Assembly (NCBI RefSeq): GCF_032191835.1
Contig: NC_083238.1
Span: 34,782,001 to 34,846,000, forward strand
Length of the DNA: 64,000 bases
Source of the DNA: Heteronotia binoei
Lineage: Eukaryota
Direction of reading: 5' to 3'
The notes under the pieces are model-generated. The model had not been told where the DNA came from. It was given only the letters and a program-made list of their open reading frames with translations, and did not search any database. The position numbers and the translations under genes are program-made. Below are positions 24,277 to 36,296 of this stretch, one piece after another. The first letter of the stretch is position 1. Each line of letters opens with the position of its first letter.

Positions 24277-24473
24277 CAACGCTCCCTCTAAGTGGTGGAG
24301 TCTTGCGAACAAACATTCTACTTGGTGAGCTGTTGGCATAGAGCTGTGCGCTGCTGCATGCCTTAGTTTGCTCTGGGGCGATTTTTCCTGGGCTAAGACA
24401 AAAATGTGTGAGCTGGGGGCTTAAAAAACCCCTGTGAGCTAGCTCACACTGACTCAGTTTAGAGAGGACACTG
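24277..24473 (-). mobile_element. Family D hAT-like MITE, copy 4, in the Hoxd13 intron, with 8-bp TSD
   Basis: Reverse-oriented D body. Flanks gtcccttg (24269-24276) and ctcccttg (24474-24481) match at 7/8, and an 8-bp TSD is typical of hAT. Confidence 0.88.
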
Positions 24474-25215
24474 CTCCCTTGCTCTTGAATGGCGGCGATC
24501 CTTTTCCTGCGGCCCTGGCAAAACCCGCGCATACTTCGTTCCCCGGACCTTCCCTTCCCGTTGCAAGCCTGAGATAGGCAATTCTCTGGAGTCCGGCGAG
24601 ACCGCCTTCCGAGCAAGCGGGTTTCGGCTTAGATTAGTACAAAGGTCTCGTAGATTATTATTATTATTGGCGGGATGTGTGTGTGGGGGGGGGGCGTTTT
24701 TAGTTCTTTCTCCCCCTCCCCCATCAAGTTTCCCTCTCCAAACTTCTCACCACCTTAGCAGCCAGCCCTATTCATTTGGAGTTGTTCCCCCTAAAAAGTG
24801 TGGCCCTCCGTCACCACCTTGTTTGCTAAGTTCCGTGGAAGCCTAAACCATTTATTTCTCAGTAGAAAGTTTATTCGGAAACTATTCCTCCCTCCCCTTC
24901 CCCCCCCCACCCATGTCCGATAACTATCAGGGCTTCGCAGCCGGAAAGGCAGGAACCGCAGAGGTCATTCAACACCCGAGGGCATGTTTAGGTGCAGGGC
25001 TAGAATGAGCGAAGACAGGCCTCGCCAAAGCCTCGCCAACGATTTGCTGTTGGAGACGTGCCCTGGAGGACTCCGGCTACGGCTCTCCTCAGTCCCCTTT
25101 CCCCAAACCACAGGCCAAACATTGCAGCCAGATTTCCTCGGAAATGGCCGGGGGTAGCTCACCCGTCACTGTAAGAGCCACATTTTGATCTCTGCTTGGG
25201 GAGAAAATAGATCCA

Positions 25216-25390
25216 AATAGGCAGCCGTGTTGGTCTGAAGTAGTAGAACAAAATAGGAGTCGATTGCACCTTTAAGACCAACTTAGTTTTAATTCAGAAC
25301 ATAAGCCTCGTCTGAAGAAGTGTGCATGCACACAAAAGCTGACGTTCTGAATAAAAGTAAGTTGGTCTTAAAGGTGCAATCGACTCCTAT
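25216..25390. mobile_element. Family E Penelope-like inverted-repeat insertion in the Hoxd13 intron with ~20-bp TSD
   Basis: Arms aaataggagtcgattgcacctttaagaccaac... / ...gttggtcttaaaggtgcaatcgactcctattt. Flanks ttggggagaaaatagatcca (25196-25215) and ttgggcagaaaatagattca (25391-25410) match at 18/20. Confidence 0.82.
25309..25344 (+). ncRNA. Degenerate minimal type I hammerhead ribozyme (Penelope-type), probably inactive
   Basis: cgt-CTGAAGA-a-gtgtg(catg)cacac-AAAA-gct-g-acg: stem I cgt/acg, CUGANGA core, 5-bp stem II and palindromic AGCU stem III. G12 is replaced by A and position 17 is G. Confidence 0.5.
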
Positions 25391-25627
25391 TTGGGCAGAA
25401 AATAGATTCATCCTCCCTTTTCTATCATTTTCCGTTTGACCCAGAAGCAACTGCGGAAGCCGCCTCAACCACGGGGCTTGCCAGTCTTCCGAGCCTCCGC
25501 TGGGATCCGATTCTTTGATTTGATTTGATTCATTGGACTTCTGTCTCGTCCTTCCCCACCAGGAGGCTCAGGGCGGGTCACAACGTTTTCGGTCGACAGC
25601 AGACTAAAAATAACACAGGAAGGCTAA

Positions 25628-25984
<357 letters not shown>

Positions 25985-27465
25985 TCCCAGCCCCCCACAC
26001 CCACCTTCCGCCGTGGGTGGGAAGGCTCGCCGCGATCCAAAGACTTCGTGGGAGGAAAGGAAGAAAGAAAGAAACTTGAAATATATTTAATATTCCCTCC
26101 CCCACTCACACCTACCCCTCTCAGGCAGGGCGCTGATGTTTTGTGAAACTTTTTTTTTTAAAGGCAAGATTCGCCATCTGGTCTCGGATCGGTGGGAGGC
26201 CGCAGGTCTTGGTTGCCTTGATTTGTTTTTTTCTTGCCTTGTATTTGGGTAGGGTTCGGTGCGCAGTCATCTGTGTGTGTGAGAGAGAGAGAGCGAGAGA
26301 GTGTGAGTATGAGTGTCTTCCAGGCCCACTGGGCTGTGGAGCAGTCACGAACTTCTTACCAAAACTGTCTGAGACTCCCCAGGTGCTCAAAGCAGACCCC
26401 CCACCCCCACCCAACCATCTCCTGCCTTCTAATCCACCTCCCGAATCCTGGATGTGAAGATGGCGACGTCATTGCCAGGCTAGAATTTCTGGCTTCCCAG
26501 GCGAAGGGAGCCCCGACTGGCCGCCGACCTCTTGGACTGCACGCGAAAGGGTCCCGAGGATCCAGAGTGCCCTAAATTGCCTTGTCCGGAACGATTCCTG
26601 TCTCCCTGGGTACAGACGCCCAAGCAGGCAACTCCGGTTTTAAACGCGTTCACTTGAAAAAAAAAAAAATTAAGCTTTATTGAAACCAGTAGGATTGACT
26701 CCCGGCTCGCTCCCGTCGGCCATGCGTTTTACAATCAAAGTAGCTCCTCCAACTTTCCATTCAAGCTTTTTTCCCTTTATTAAAAAACTGGGGGATTATT
26801 TCAGAGCGGCCTTTGCGATAAGTTCTCCAGTTCTGCATGGTACAAATCGGTTGTTTTTTTCATGTACAGTTGGAAAAAATCCTCTTCTCTGTCCGGGAAT
26901 CGGGAGTCAGGGCAGGAGCTGGCCGAAACGAGCGCCGCCCGGGCCTACCCTAGGCACGTTTACTCGGACGGCCAGGCCCACAGGGCACCGGATGGGTTGC
27001 GCTGGGGTAAAAACAGAACTCAGCCAAACGCGCGCGCCCTTCGGTCCAGTGAAAATCGCTGGTGCGTAAAAACGCGCCGTTTCCGGCCAGTTCTGCCCGC
27101 GGCTTTCGATTCTCGCTCGGTTCTGCTCGCTCTTGCTCCTCACCCGCGAAGCCAGGCAGTTTCTCTCGCCTCGGGTTGCTCAGTCGGGCCTTTTGCATGA
27201 TCTTTGTACGAATTGCTGGGACCCCTCACGCTCTAAGCGACCTAGTTAAGGAAAGTGGTCCGGAGTTCCAGCGGCTAAAGCCAACCGTGCCTCTGTGTTT
27301 CGTTGTATAAAGGTGTGTATAAATCGATATGTATTTTTATATAAATATTGGGCGCCCTTTTCTTCTCCTTTGTTGTTGTGTGTGTGAGTTTCTAGCACCA
27401 ACATGAACTTTATTAACCTTTCCCAACATTGCAAAATAGATTCAGGCGGGGAGTCCTGTTGGTCT

Positions 27466-27814
27466 CGCAGCAGAACGACACATGCTAAATAATGTCGTTT
27501 CAATCTAGTTCAGGAACTGTTTCAAAGTGGATTTTGCCATTTCACACAGCAAAATCCAGTACTCCTTCTAAGCTGTGGAGTCCTGTGAACAAAAATTCTA
27601 CTTGCTGAGCAGCTGGCATTAAAGTTGTGAACTGCTGCATTAATTAGTTTGCTCTGGGGCCATTTTTTCCTGAGCTAAGACAAAAGTGTATGAGCTGGAG
27701 GCAAAAAAACCCCTGTGAGCTAGCTCACACTAACTCAGCGTAAAGGGAACACGGGTTGGAAAGTGCCTTAAAAGTGGGTTGGAAGTGCATTATTTAGTGT
27801 GTGTGACTGTACCC
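27466..27814 (-). mobile_element. Family A MITE, copy 5, split by a family D insertion
   Basis: Left half ...ctaaataatgtcgtttcaatc...gtggattttgccatttcacacagcaaaatc. The right half gttggaaagtgc...gtgcattatttagtgtgtgtgactgtaccc resumes at 27755. Confidence 0.8.
27557..27754 (-). mobile_element. Family D hAT-like MITE, copy 5, nested in family A
   Basis: cagtactccttctaagctgtggagtcctgtgaac...gctagctcacactaactcagcgtaaagggaacacgg. No clear TSD. Confidence 0.85.
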
Positions 27815-27820
27815 AAAGAG

Positions 27821-27935
27821 AGAGTCCAGCGGCACTGTTAAGGCCAACAAAGTTTAATTCTGGGTATAAGTTTCCGTGCACCCGCCACACTTCTTCAGGT
27901 ACAGTGAAATGGAAATGACCAGTCCATAGTAGAGG
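27821..27935 (-). mobile_element. Family E Penelope-like fragment (single arm) with hammerhead relic
   Basis: agagtccagcggcactgttaaggccaacaaagtttaattctgggtataag...cacttcttcaggtac. The minus strand reads gtacCTGAAGAagtg...cacgGAAActtatac (27864-27902). Confidence 0.72.
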
Positions 27936-28024
27936 GTGAGCAGTAAATCAACATAGAGTTAAGTACTCTTAGCATCCCATAATTAAGGTTACATCTGCCT
28001 ATCCACCTCCAATTTTGACATATA

Positions 28025-28175
28025 GGCTATGATCACACATACTAAATAATGCACTTTCAATATACTTTCAGTACACTTTCCAACTGGATTTTCCTGTGTG
28101 AAGTGGCAAAATTCAGTAGGAAAGTGTATTTGAAGTGGATTGAAAGTGCATTATTTAGTGTGTATAATCGCAGCC
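28025..28175 (+). mobile_element. Family A MITE, copy 6
   Basis: ggctatgatcacacatactaaataatgcactttc...gaaagtgcattatttagtgtgtataatcgcagcc. Confidence 0.87.
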
Positions 28176-29139
28176 ATCGATTTCCTTCACTATGTCTCCC
28201 CCCGCCCACAGTTAAACCCAAACAAATGGTAACCACATAAACTATGCTTGTTATTCCTATTTGCATTTGGTCCTCGAATCTGTTAAACATTTTCATCATG
28301 CTGTAGGTGGATTTACTGCTCGCCCTCTATCTACAGGTATGAACTGGTCATTTCCATTTCATTATATCTGAAGTGTGCGTGCGCGCACGCACGCACGCAC
28401 AAACACACACACACGCACAAACAAACCTTATCCCTTGAATAAAACTTCCTTGATCTTTAAGATGCCTCTGGACTCCAACCCTGGAAAAGTTCTGCTCCAA
28501 AACGCGCGAGCTGTGGATGGTTTTTTTGAAATTAGGGAAGGAAAGGGGTATCGATGAAAGAAGCAATAAATGACGACAGAAAAGAAAAAAGTCCCAATAG
28601 TTAAGCAGCCGCCAGAGTTCGGGGTATTTTATTTCCTCGATAGTTTCTTTGGACACAAAGCTAGGAAGGGGGACAATCGAGGCGCCCTAGGATATGGTAG
28701 CCCAAATATCTGTTTGCGGGGTGGGGTGGGGGGCAGTTGTGTTAGCCTATTATGCCAGAATTCGCGGCGAGGACTCCGGTAGTTACCTTGAAGAGTGACA
28801 CATTTATCGGCGCCATGAACTTTTCAAGGCCAGAGTTCGGCTGCAAAATCACGGGGGTCGAAGAATCATCTGTTCGCCGCGGGCTGGACCGGGGGATCCG
28901 TGCTGGCCGAAGGCACGTGTGTTGTGTATTGGGATACACGTGCCTTAGCCTTGTGCTGTTCACACAGCAGCCCAGGAGACGATCCAGGTTTTTGTTTTGT
29001 TTTTTTAAAGGGAAGCAATCCTATGAAAGCTTTCTTGGAAGTAAGCCTCATTGAATAGACCTTAGGAGAATTAAGAATAGGCCTGTTTAGGATTGCTAAA
29101 TTCAGCCGAATAGATCTAAACCCGGAATCCAGACTACTA

Positions 29140-29253
29140 GGAGACGTTCACACTATACTAAATAATGCGTTTCGCAACTGGATTTTTGCTATTCTTGCAC
29201 AGTAAAAATCCAGTTGCAAAAGACATTATTTAGAGTCTAGTGTGAACCCACAT
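29140..29253. mobile_element. Family B MITE, copy 2
   Basis: ...ttcacactatactaaataatgcgtttcgcaactggatttttgctattcttgcacagtaaaaatccagttgcaaaagacattatttagagtctagtgtgaac. Confidence 0.8.
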
Positions 29254-31066
29254 CGATAGGCAGCATTTACCGAACACAGTGAAACCTACTTCCGAGTAGC
29301 CATTCCCTGGACTGCCGTTTTGCAATCTTCCTTGGGTCTGTGCCCCACGGAACTGTTTTTTTGTTTTTTTTTTAAGCCTTCCTTCCGTGTATGAACAGAG
29401 CGGGATTGGGCCCGAGGTCATGAAAAGCGACGATAGCTGCCCAGCGAGGCCCGGCAAATTGTATTCATACTAAATAACCTCCTCTTCCCCTTCCTCCCCT
29501 CCGCCCCTTCCAAACTCTTGTTTTAATCTTCTTTCCCACTTTCATCTGGGCTTGGCAAGAGCTGCGACCTCGCAAGCTGTTAACGATCTCGCCCAGATTA
29601 CTTCTAAACAGCCTCGGCTAAAACGATTCTTTTTAAATGCCAAGGGGGGGGGGTGGAGGGAGAAAGCCATTTTTGTGTAGCCATCTGGGATGATTATTAT
29701 TATTATTTAAAGGTGGCTTTTGTCCTCAGGGAGATTGTGGTGTGGGGTTTTTTAAAAAGTATTTAAAAAAAATGAAGTGTGTCCAAACGTGAGGAACGAG
29801 CCTTCCCTCCAAAGCCGGGCACGTTGTGAGCTCTGCGGGCCCGGCGGCGCAATGCAAAAGAGCTGTAGTTTAGCCTTCATTGGTATGTTGGAATTCTTTT
29901 GGCTGAGATTCGGTATACAAAGCGCGAGGAAAGCGCAGCAGAAACATTCAAGGGCCGTGTTGGTAAATTTCAATCCACTGAAGGGTTTCAAGAGTGTGGG
30001 GAATTACTGGGGACTTTGAGACTCCCCCGGAAGGCCACTGAAAGGAAGCTTCCCCCTCCCCTACACACACACATACAGAAGAAGAAATTTAAAATACTAG
30101 ATGCGTCCTCCCCCCTTCTTCTTGTGTGTGTGTCGGGGGCGGGGGGAGCGTCCTTCCAGTGGCCTTCCGAAGGATCGCTGCCCTTCCCTTTGGTGTGTGC
30201 AGAGCCCGGTTAGTATTTGTTTTCCAAACGCTTTCCCGGAATTCTCTTCCTTTCCCCCGGGATATCCCATCCCCTCTTTCCATTAGAAGGGTTTCCTTTT
30301 GACCTAACAACACTTACATCTTCGTGCATTGAAAAGGTCGGCGGTAGGGTTCGCCTCCAAGGATTAAAAAGAGAGAAAGAGCAACGGTCCTAGCGCTGAG
30401 AGAAGGTAAACAGACTCTTTTGGTGCCTGGAATACATAAAACCCACCATCCTTTTGGTGAATCTTCCCCTTCTCTCCCCTCCCCCGCCCCATGAATTTTT
30501 CAGAAAAAAATATTTATCAATATAAAAGGACTCATTCAACGGTGACGCCAGTTATGACGATATTGCATATTATAAAGGGCCCATATTAGTACATATTACC
30601 ACGTGTTGTAATGTTATATTATTAAACGTTGTATTATTAAAGCTCCATGCGGCCCAAATCAATCAACTTTAAGATCAGTTGACATGTGTGGAACTATAAG
30701 TTAGTGGACACATTTGGATTTTGAAAAATTTACTTCTGTGGAATGCAGTCCATATTGAGATGTATGGTAGTCGAGTAGCAGTAATAGCGGTAGTAAATCA
30801 CGCCAGGGGTAGCAAATGATAACACGAGCTGTTCTTTGCACGCGCCTCTGCCTTCAACAAACACGACTTTCTTACCTTCACGTCCCGCGGCTTGGGGACC
30901 TTTCACATCTAAAACAAAACAACCGACCCAATTGATATGCCTACACCAGCCTTGCATTCACATAGTTCTTTAAAAAAAAAATGGTCCAGCTATTTCGATC
31001 AAGTTATCTTCTCACATCCAGTTAATATGAACTGGAGGCGAATTATATTATGGGTAGTAAAACTAA

Positions 31067-31186
31067 AGCTGCTTTCACACGTGCTGGAGAAAGCACTTTG
31101 AATGCACTTTAGTGAATGTTTGCGATTTGAGATTTTCCTGCATGAAAGTGCGTTGAAGGCACATTACCAACATTGTGAAAGCAGCC
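31067..31186. mobile_element. Family C palindromic MITE (related TIR)
   Basis: agctgctttcacac...tgtgaaagcagcc termini, flanked by taa and tta. Confidence 0.65.
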
Positions 31187-31247
31187 TTAGGGTGCCTTCA
31201 CACTACACTAAACGATGCGTTTTGCAACTGGATTTTTTACTGTCTAA

Positions 31248-31400
31248 GGCTGCAATCACACACACACTAAATAATGCACTTTCAATCCATTTTCAATGCC
31301 CTTTCTAACTGGATTTTACTGTGTGAACCGGCAAAATCCAGTCGGAAACTGCATTGAAAGTGGATTGGAAGTGCATTATTTAGTGTGTGTGTACACAGCA
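31248..31400 (+). mobile_element. Family A MITE, copy 7, nested in B; TAA TSD
   Basis: taa|ggctgcaatcacacacacactaaataatgc...tttagtgtgtgtgtacacagca|taa. Confidence 0.88.
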
Positions 31401-31440
31401 TAAGAATAGCAAAAATCCAGTCTGCAAAATGCATTATGTA

Positions 31441-31558
31441 AACTGCAATCACACACACACAATAATGCACTTTAAATGCATTTTCCAACTGGACTTTACT
31501 TTGTGAACTGGCAAAATCCAGTTTGAAAGTGTATTATTTGGTGTGTGTGATCACAGTC
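31441..31558 (+). mobile_element. Family A MITE, copy 8 (internally deleted), nested in B
   Basis: aactgcaatcacacacacacaataatgcac...gtattatttggtgtgtgtgatcacagtc, with a degenerate TTA TSD (gta/ttg). Confidence 0.82.
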
Positions 31559-31820
31559 TTGGTGTAGTGTGAATGCACCCTTACTTTCAAATAGTAGTAA
31601 AGTGACCTACCCCGCCCCTCTTCCCCTTGTTGTGTGGCACCACACTGAACCACAAAGGAATGGCTTTCGGTCCGAACCACTTATTGTAGAATGAGTCTAA
31701 GAGAATACCTGGGACTGGTCTGAAGAAAGCCCAGAGCGGGTTGCGGAACACCTTCTTTGCATAAGCAAAAGGGACCCCGGAAATGGAACTTTGATCAGTT
31801 GGGTTTGAGGGCTCTGGCAC

Positions 31821-32014
31821 CAGTGTTCCCTCTAAGCTGAGTTAGTGTGAGCTAGCTGACAGTTTTTTAACCTCCAGCTCACACATTTTTGTCTTTGCTC
31901 AGGAAAAATGGCCACAGTGCAAACTAACTTATGCAGCAGCTCGCAACTTGAATGCCAGTAGCTCACCAAGTAGAATTTTTGCTCAGAAGACTCCACAACT
32001 TAGAAGGAGTACCA
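31821..32014 (+). mobile_element. Family D hAT-like MITE, copy 6
   Basis: cagtgttccctctaagctgagttagtgtgagctagctgacag...gctcagaagactccacaacttagaaggagtacca. Confidence 0.85.
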
Positions 32015-32572
32015 GCACCCTCTTTCCCGGGGCCCATAAAGCTGGCGAAAGCACAGAAAGCCACGGGGGCGGGGGAGAGAGAAAGAAGTTATACCTGGCT
32101 CAGCCCCATATACCCCCATCATGCCTGTGTAAGAAGAATCTTTGAACCTCTGAGCAGACGAGACTCTGCAAGTACTCCCCCCTCCCCCGACTTTATCTAC
32201 AATCGCTCATTGCGAGTCCCGGGGCCGTGACCACTGTAGCTCTTCCAATAGGGACTAGGGTGCAACTCGGAGCTGTTCCTCGAGATAACCGCGGAGGCCC
32301 AAATTCCGCTTCCCTCTCCTTTGTTATTGACCACGTGGATGCTCACCAGGCTGGCTTGTGCTGAATGGGAACACCGCGCGTTGTGCTCAAGGGCGGCCTT
32401 CGGCGCGTATCCCAAACAATTCCTGGGAAAGGGCGATGGTTGTTTACTTGTAAGCAACAGAGGCGGCTGATACCCTCGGACACCTTCGACACAAAGAGGG
32501 CGGTCGCTAACGTACTAAGGCGCATGATCCCGGACTCTGCAAGAAGTGGGCTGCGCAATATGTAGTACAATA

Positions 32573-32586
32573 GTGCCATCTGCTGG
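32573..32586 (-). promoter_or_regulatory. CTCF motif, Hoxd13-Hoxd12 intergenic
   Basis: Minus strand CCAGCAGATGGCAC (14/14), with an upstream cgcag element resembling the CTCF U motif. Confidence 0.78.
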
Positions 32587-32912
32587 ACAAACTGCGGCGT
32601 AGCCCTTGGAGCCGTGAAAGAAGCCTTCCCGGCCGCAGCCTACCAGAACCGCTTTATTCGTCAAAATGAATAAACGTCATGTGATTTTTAAAAAATGCCA
32701 AGAACATTAAGGGGGGGGGGGAAGGGTAGAGCTGTGTTCTAATGGAATGTTAAAATGGTGCTTAATAATAACTCCCAATTACATAAATTATCTATGGCAG
32801 CCGTGTTGGAGGAAAACAAGTCTCACTCAGCCCAGGGGATTAAGTGTAGAGTAAATTACTGTGAAGCAAGTCTTGCTGAGACACTTCCAAGAAAATGTGG
32901 GAACTACGTGGG

Positions 32913-32983
<71 letters not shown>
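32913..32983. repeat. (CTTT)17 tetranucleotide microsatellite
   Basis: Pure tandem CTTT. Confidence 0.97.
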
Positions 32984-33102
32984 GAAAACGTTTATTGAAA
33001 ACGTGTGCTTCTGTAGTCCTATAAAATAGTTTGAAGAAATAGTCATTTTTCTTTCATTCATTCATCCAGGGCAGCCCATTATCAGAGGGAGGACGTGTAT
33101 TC

Positions 33103-33276
33103 NNNNNNNNNNNNNNNNNNNNNNNNNNNNNNNNNNNNNNNNNNNNNNNNNNNNNNNNNNNNNNNNNNNNNNNNNNNNNNNNNNNNNNNNNNNNNNNNNN
33201 NNNNNNNNNNNNNNNNNNNNNNNNNNNNNNNNNNNNNNNNNNNNNNNNNNNNNNNNNNNNNNNNNNNNNNNNNNNN
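33103..33276. other. Assembly gap or masked run (N)
   Basis: Run of N. Confidence 0.99.
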
Positions 33277-33708
33277 CTTTCACACACACAAAAGGGGAGG
33301 GCAGAATATGAGATCGGGTCTTCAGCAATAGCAACCTTTACTCAAAAGTAAACAGTAACATTGCAGTCTAATCATCGCACGAGTCGTAGAGTGAATCCTA
33401 TGGAACTTCGTGCAAACACTTGTTCAAACACAGATAGCTAAGATTCCACTCCACCTCTGTGATCCGAAATTCTATGGCTTGGAAATATAAATAGTTTGGA
33501 TCAGTGGAGTTATTTCCATGTTATTGAAGTTGGGGGTGGGGGTAAAATGAAATCGTTTGCTGTGAGATCCTCGAAGTCCAGTCTTCCACAGTCCTATGAA
33601 ATCCCTGGCATACTTCTGAATAGGCTGGGACTGTCAGACCGGCTGGCAAGTTTTTCAGTCACACAGGACTCCATCAGCCATGGAAAAATGCTCAGACTGT
33701 CAATCTTA

Positions 33709-33840
33709 GGCTGTGATGATTACACACACTAAATAAAGCACTTTCAATGCACTTTCCAACTGGATTTTATTGTGTGAACTGTCAAAATCCAGCTGGAAAG
33801 TGGATTGGAAGTGCATTATTTAGTGTGTGGGATCACAGCC
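33709..33840 (+). mobile_element. Family A MITE, copy 9
   Basis: tta|ggctgtgatgattacacacactaaataaagcactttc...gtgcattatttagtgtgtgggatcacagcc. Confidence 0.87.
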
Positions 33841-35550
33841 GCCCTTTAGCAAGTTTAAAACAATCATGGAAATCACTGGGAAGTCTCTTCTCGGAGAGTG
33901 GACCACTCTCAAGCCCCCCCCCCCTAGCCATAAAGCAAAACAATTCGCCAATGAGGCTGCCCATCGGTCTTTTGTCAGGTGCATCCAGGTGTTCTGAACT
34001 CTGTTGCTTACGAATAATTTGTTAGCAATGGCGCATGAGGGGGGGGGGGGAGACCTCGGATTTTTTCCTCAGGAAATGGGTAGTTAGCTCGTTATAGAGA
34101 CCCTGGCACCGCAGTCCTGCTCGGATGGAACCTGGAAGTTAAAACGTCTTCCAAGTAAAGTTCCGAATCGTCAGCTGTTCTTCCCACACAAGACTTTGTT
34201 CCATTATACGCAGTGGGACGAAAATTCAGAGTAATCACACATCAGATCAGTTTGTAGGAGCTGGTTCCCAAGGGATCACTGGCTCACTCTCAGCTGATTA
34301 AGGAAATTATTTCTATTGGCAAAACCCCCCATTTTTTTTAGAGGAAGTTCTGTGCGGGATTAATCCAGGAGGCGTGTGTGTGTGTGTGTGTGTGCGTGTG
34401 TGTGCAGACCTCTGAGATTCATAGTGATAAGTATTTAACGATCTCCATGAGTTGTATATTTATGTTATTGCACATGTAGAGTTTTGTAGACTGTAAAAAT
34501 ACACTTCTGACTTTCACACTCGTGTTCTATATATGAATCTGGCATATAGATTTTTCACAGGACCTGTTCCTGTTACTGTCTGTCACACACATGTCTACAG
34601 AAGGTACAGAAGTGTGTGTGTATAATAGGTGTGCAGATAGGTATACACTCCCACACAAACATCCATGCAGCCAAAGTTGAGCACTTAATTCTCCAGCGAA
34701 ATAAATGGCACTTGAGTTTCATGTACGTTTACTCAGAAATAAATTTCTTGTAAATTGGATTAGCTCCCATGTCAATGTGCCAGGCCCTAGATATCCATTA
34801 GTTGAAGGTTATGACAGAAAATTACCACTTTTTAGTCACTTTGCCTCTTTATATTTTAAAATAAGTAGAAAAAAAGTATTGGAGACACATCAGAACCTGC
34901 ACAGGAGAGGCATAATTATTCGGAGTTCAAACCAGGACAGCGCTGGCCGTGCGTAGCTGAAGCATTCTGAAAGCATCAGACTTTAAAACTGCCACTTAAC
35001 AGCATCACCCTAGGTGGAGTTACCCCCTTCTGAATCCAGTAAAGTCAGAGGGGCTTAGAAGGACACAACTGTTTAGGAGGGCAGGGCAAATCTATGTGCT
35101 GCTAAATAGTTTTAATGTAAACTGGGTTAAGGCCCCAGTGCCATGCATGGCTGGTTAGACAGAAGAGGCTAAACTCCCAGGCAAAGGCTGAAGGTTTACC
35201 GAAGCTCAATAAACTGGATGGATGGATGACTGGATAGATGGATGGATGGCTGTGTATGTGTGTGTGTGAGGGGGGAGTATGTGAGAATTTAATATGGGTG
35301 ATTAGCTGCATTCCCATAAAGACCAGCACCACCACTACCTGAAAACTGTAAGAAATTGCCTGGTAGTTCCTTTCAGGGGTGAAAGCTTATGCTGAACTCG
35401 ATTTGTCCTAAAAGCGACAGAACTCCATTTTAAGGAAGTGTGTGTATCAGACGTACTGTACAATCCTAAATATTTACACCTTTCTAAAGCCATTGCAGGC
35501 AACCGGCATAGAAGGGCGTAACTCTGTTTGGGCTTATGCTGTTACACAGA

Positions 35551-35699
35551 TGCTGTTATCACGCTCGCTAAATAATGCACTTTCCAGCCACTTGCAATCC
35601 ATTTTCCACTGGATTTTGCCAGTTCAGACAGTAAAATCCAGTTGGAAAGAGCACTGAAAGTGATGGAAAGTGCATTATTTAGGGTGTGTGATTGCAGCC
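35551..35699 (-). mobile_element. Family A MITE, copy 10
   Basis: tgctgttatcacgctcgctaaataatgcac...ggattttgccagttcagacagtaaaatccag...gtgtgtgattgcagcc. Confidence 0.85.
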
Positions 35700-35779
35700 A
35701 CACTCTCCCTTCCTTCCTAATGTCTGTCTGTGCGGTGCATTAAAGTGCTCTATATGTTTGCTAGACAGATGAACAGCTG

Positions 35780-35980
35780 NNNNNNNNNNNNNNNNNNNNN
35801 NNNNNNNNNNNNNNNNNNNNNNNNNNNNNNNNNNNNNNNNNNNNNNNNNNNNNNNNNNNNNNNNNNNNNNNNNNNNNNNNNNNNNNNNNNNNNNNNNNNN
35901 NNNNNNNNNNNNNNNNNNNNNNNNNNNNNNNNNNNNNNNNNNNNNNNNNNNNNNNNNNNNNNNNNNNNNNNNNNNNNNNN
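35780..35980. other. Assembly gap or masked run (N)
   Basis: Run of N. Confidence 0.99.
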
Positions 35981-36296
35981 TCGCAGGGGCGCCAACAGTC
36001 TGAAGAGAGAAGTTTTAATGTTCTTTACCAAGAGATGTTATTTTACGTCCCTGGCAGGAGAAGTTGCCAGCTGTTCAGTTTTTTACCCTAACACATCCTT
36101 TCTAAGGAGCTGACCCGGTGCATCCTTCTCCAGATCCCCTTCAGCCCCCCCCCCCCGGAACCTGCTGGGGAAGGGCGAAGGCCCGGGTTCACAAGAGCGT
36201 CTCGATGGAAGAGATCAGTTGGCCCAGGCGGCGGCCAGCAGTAGCCTCGGGCGGCGGCGCCTGTGTGGTCCGGCCTGGCCCGGCCTGCGCAGCGGA

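Larger units (their letters stand above)
31190..31580. mobile_element. Family B MITE, copy 3, host of two nested family A copies; TTA TSD
   Basis: tta|gggtgccttcacactacac...gtgtagtgtgaatgcaccc|tta. The B sequence is reconstituted when 31248-31400 and 31441-31558 are removed. Confidence 0.85.

Noticed and set aside
32796-32809. 14-bp match to the Penelope-like terminus (ggcagccgtgttgg)
   Set aside because: It is too short and the flanks do not align with family E.
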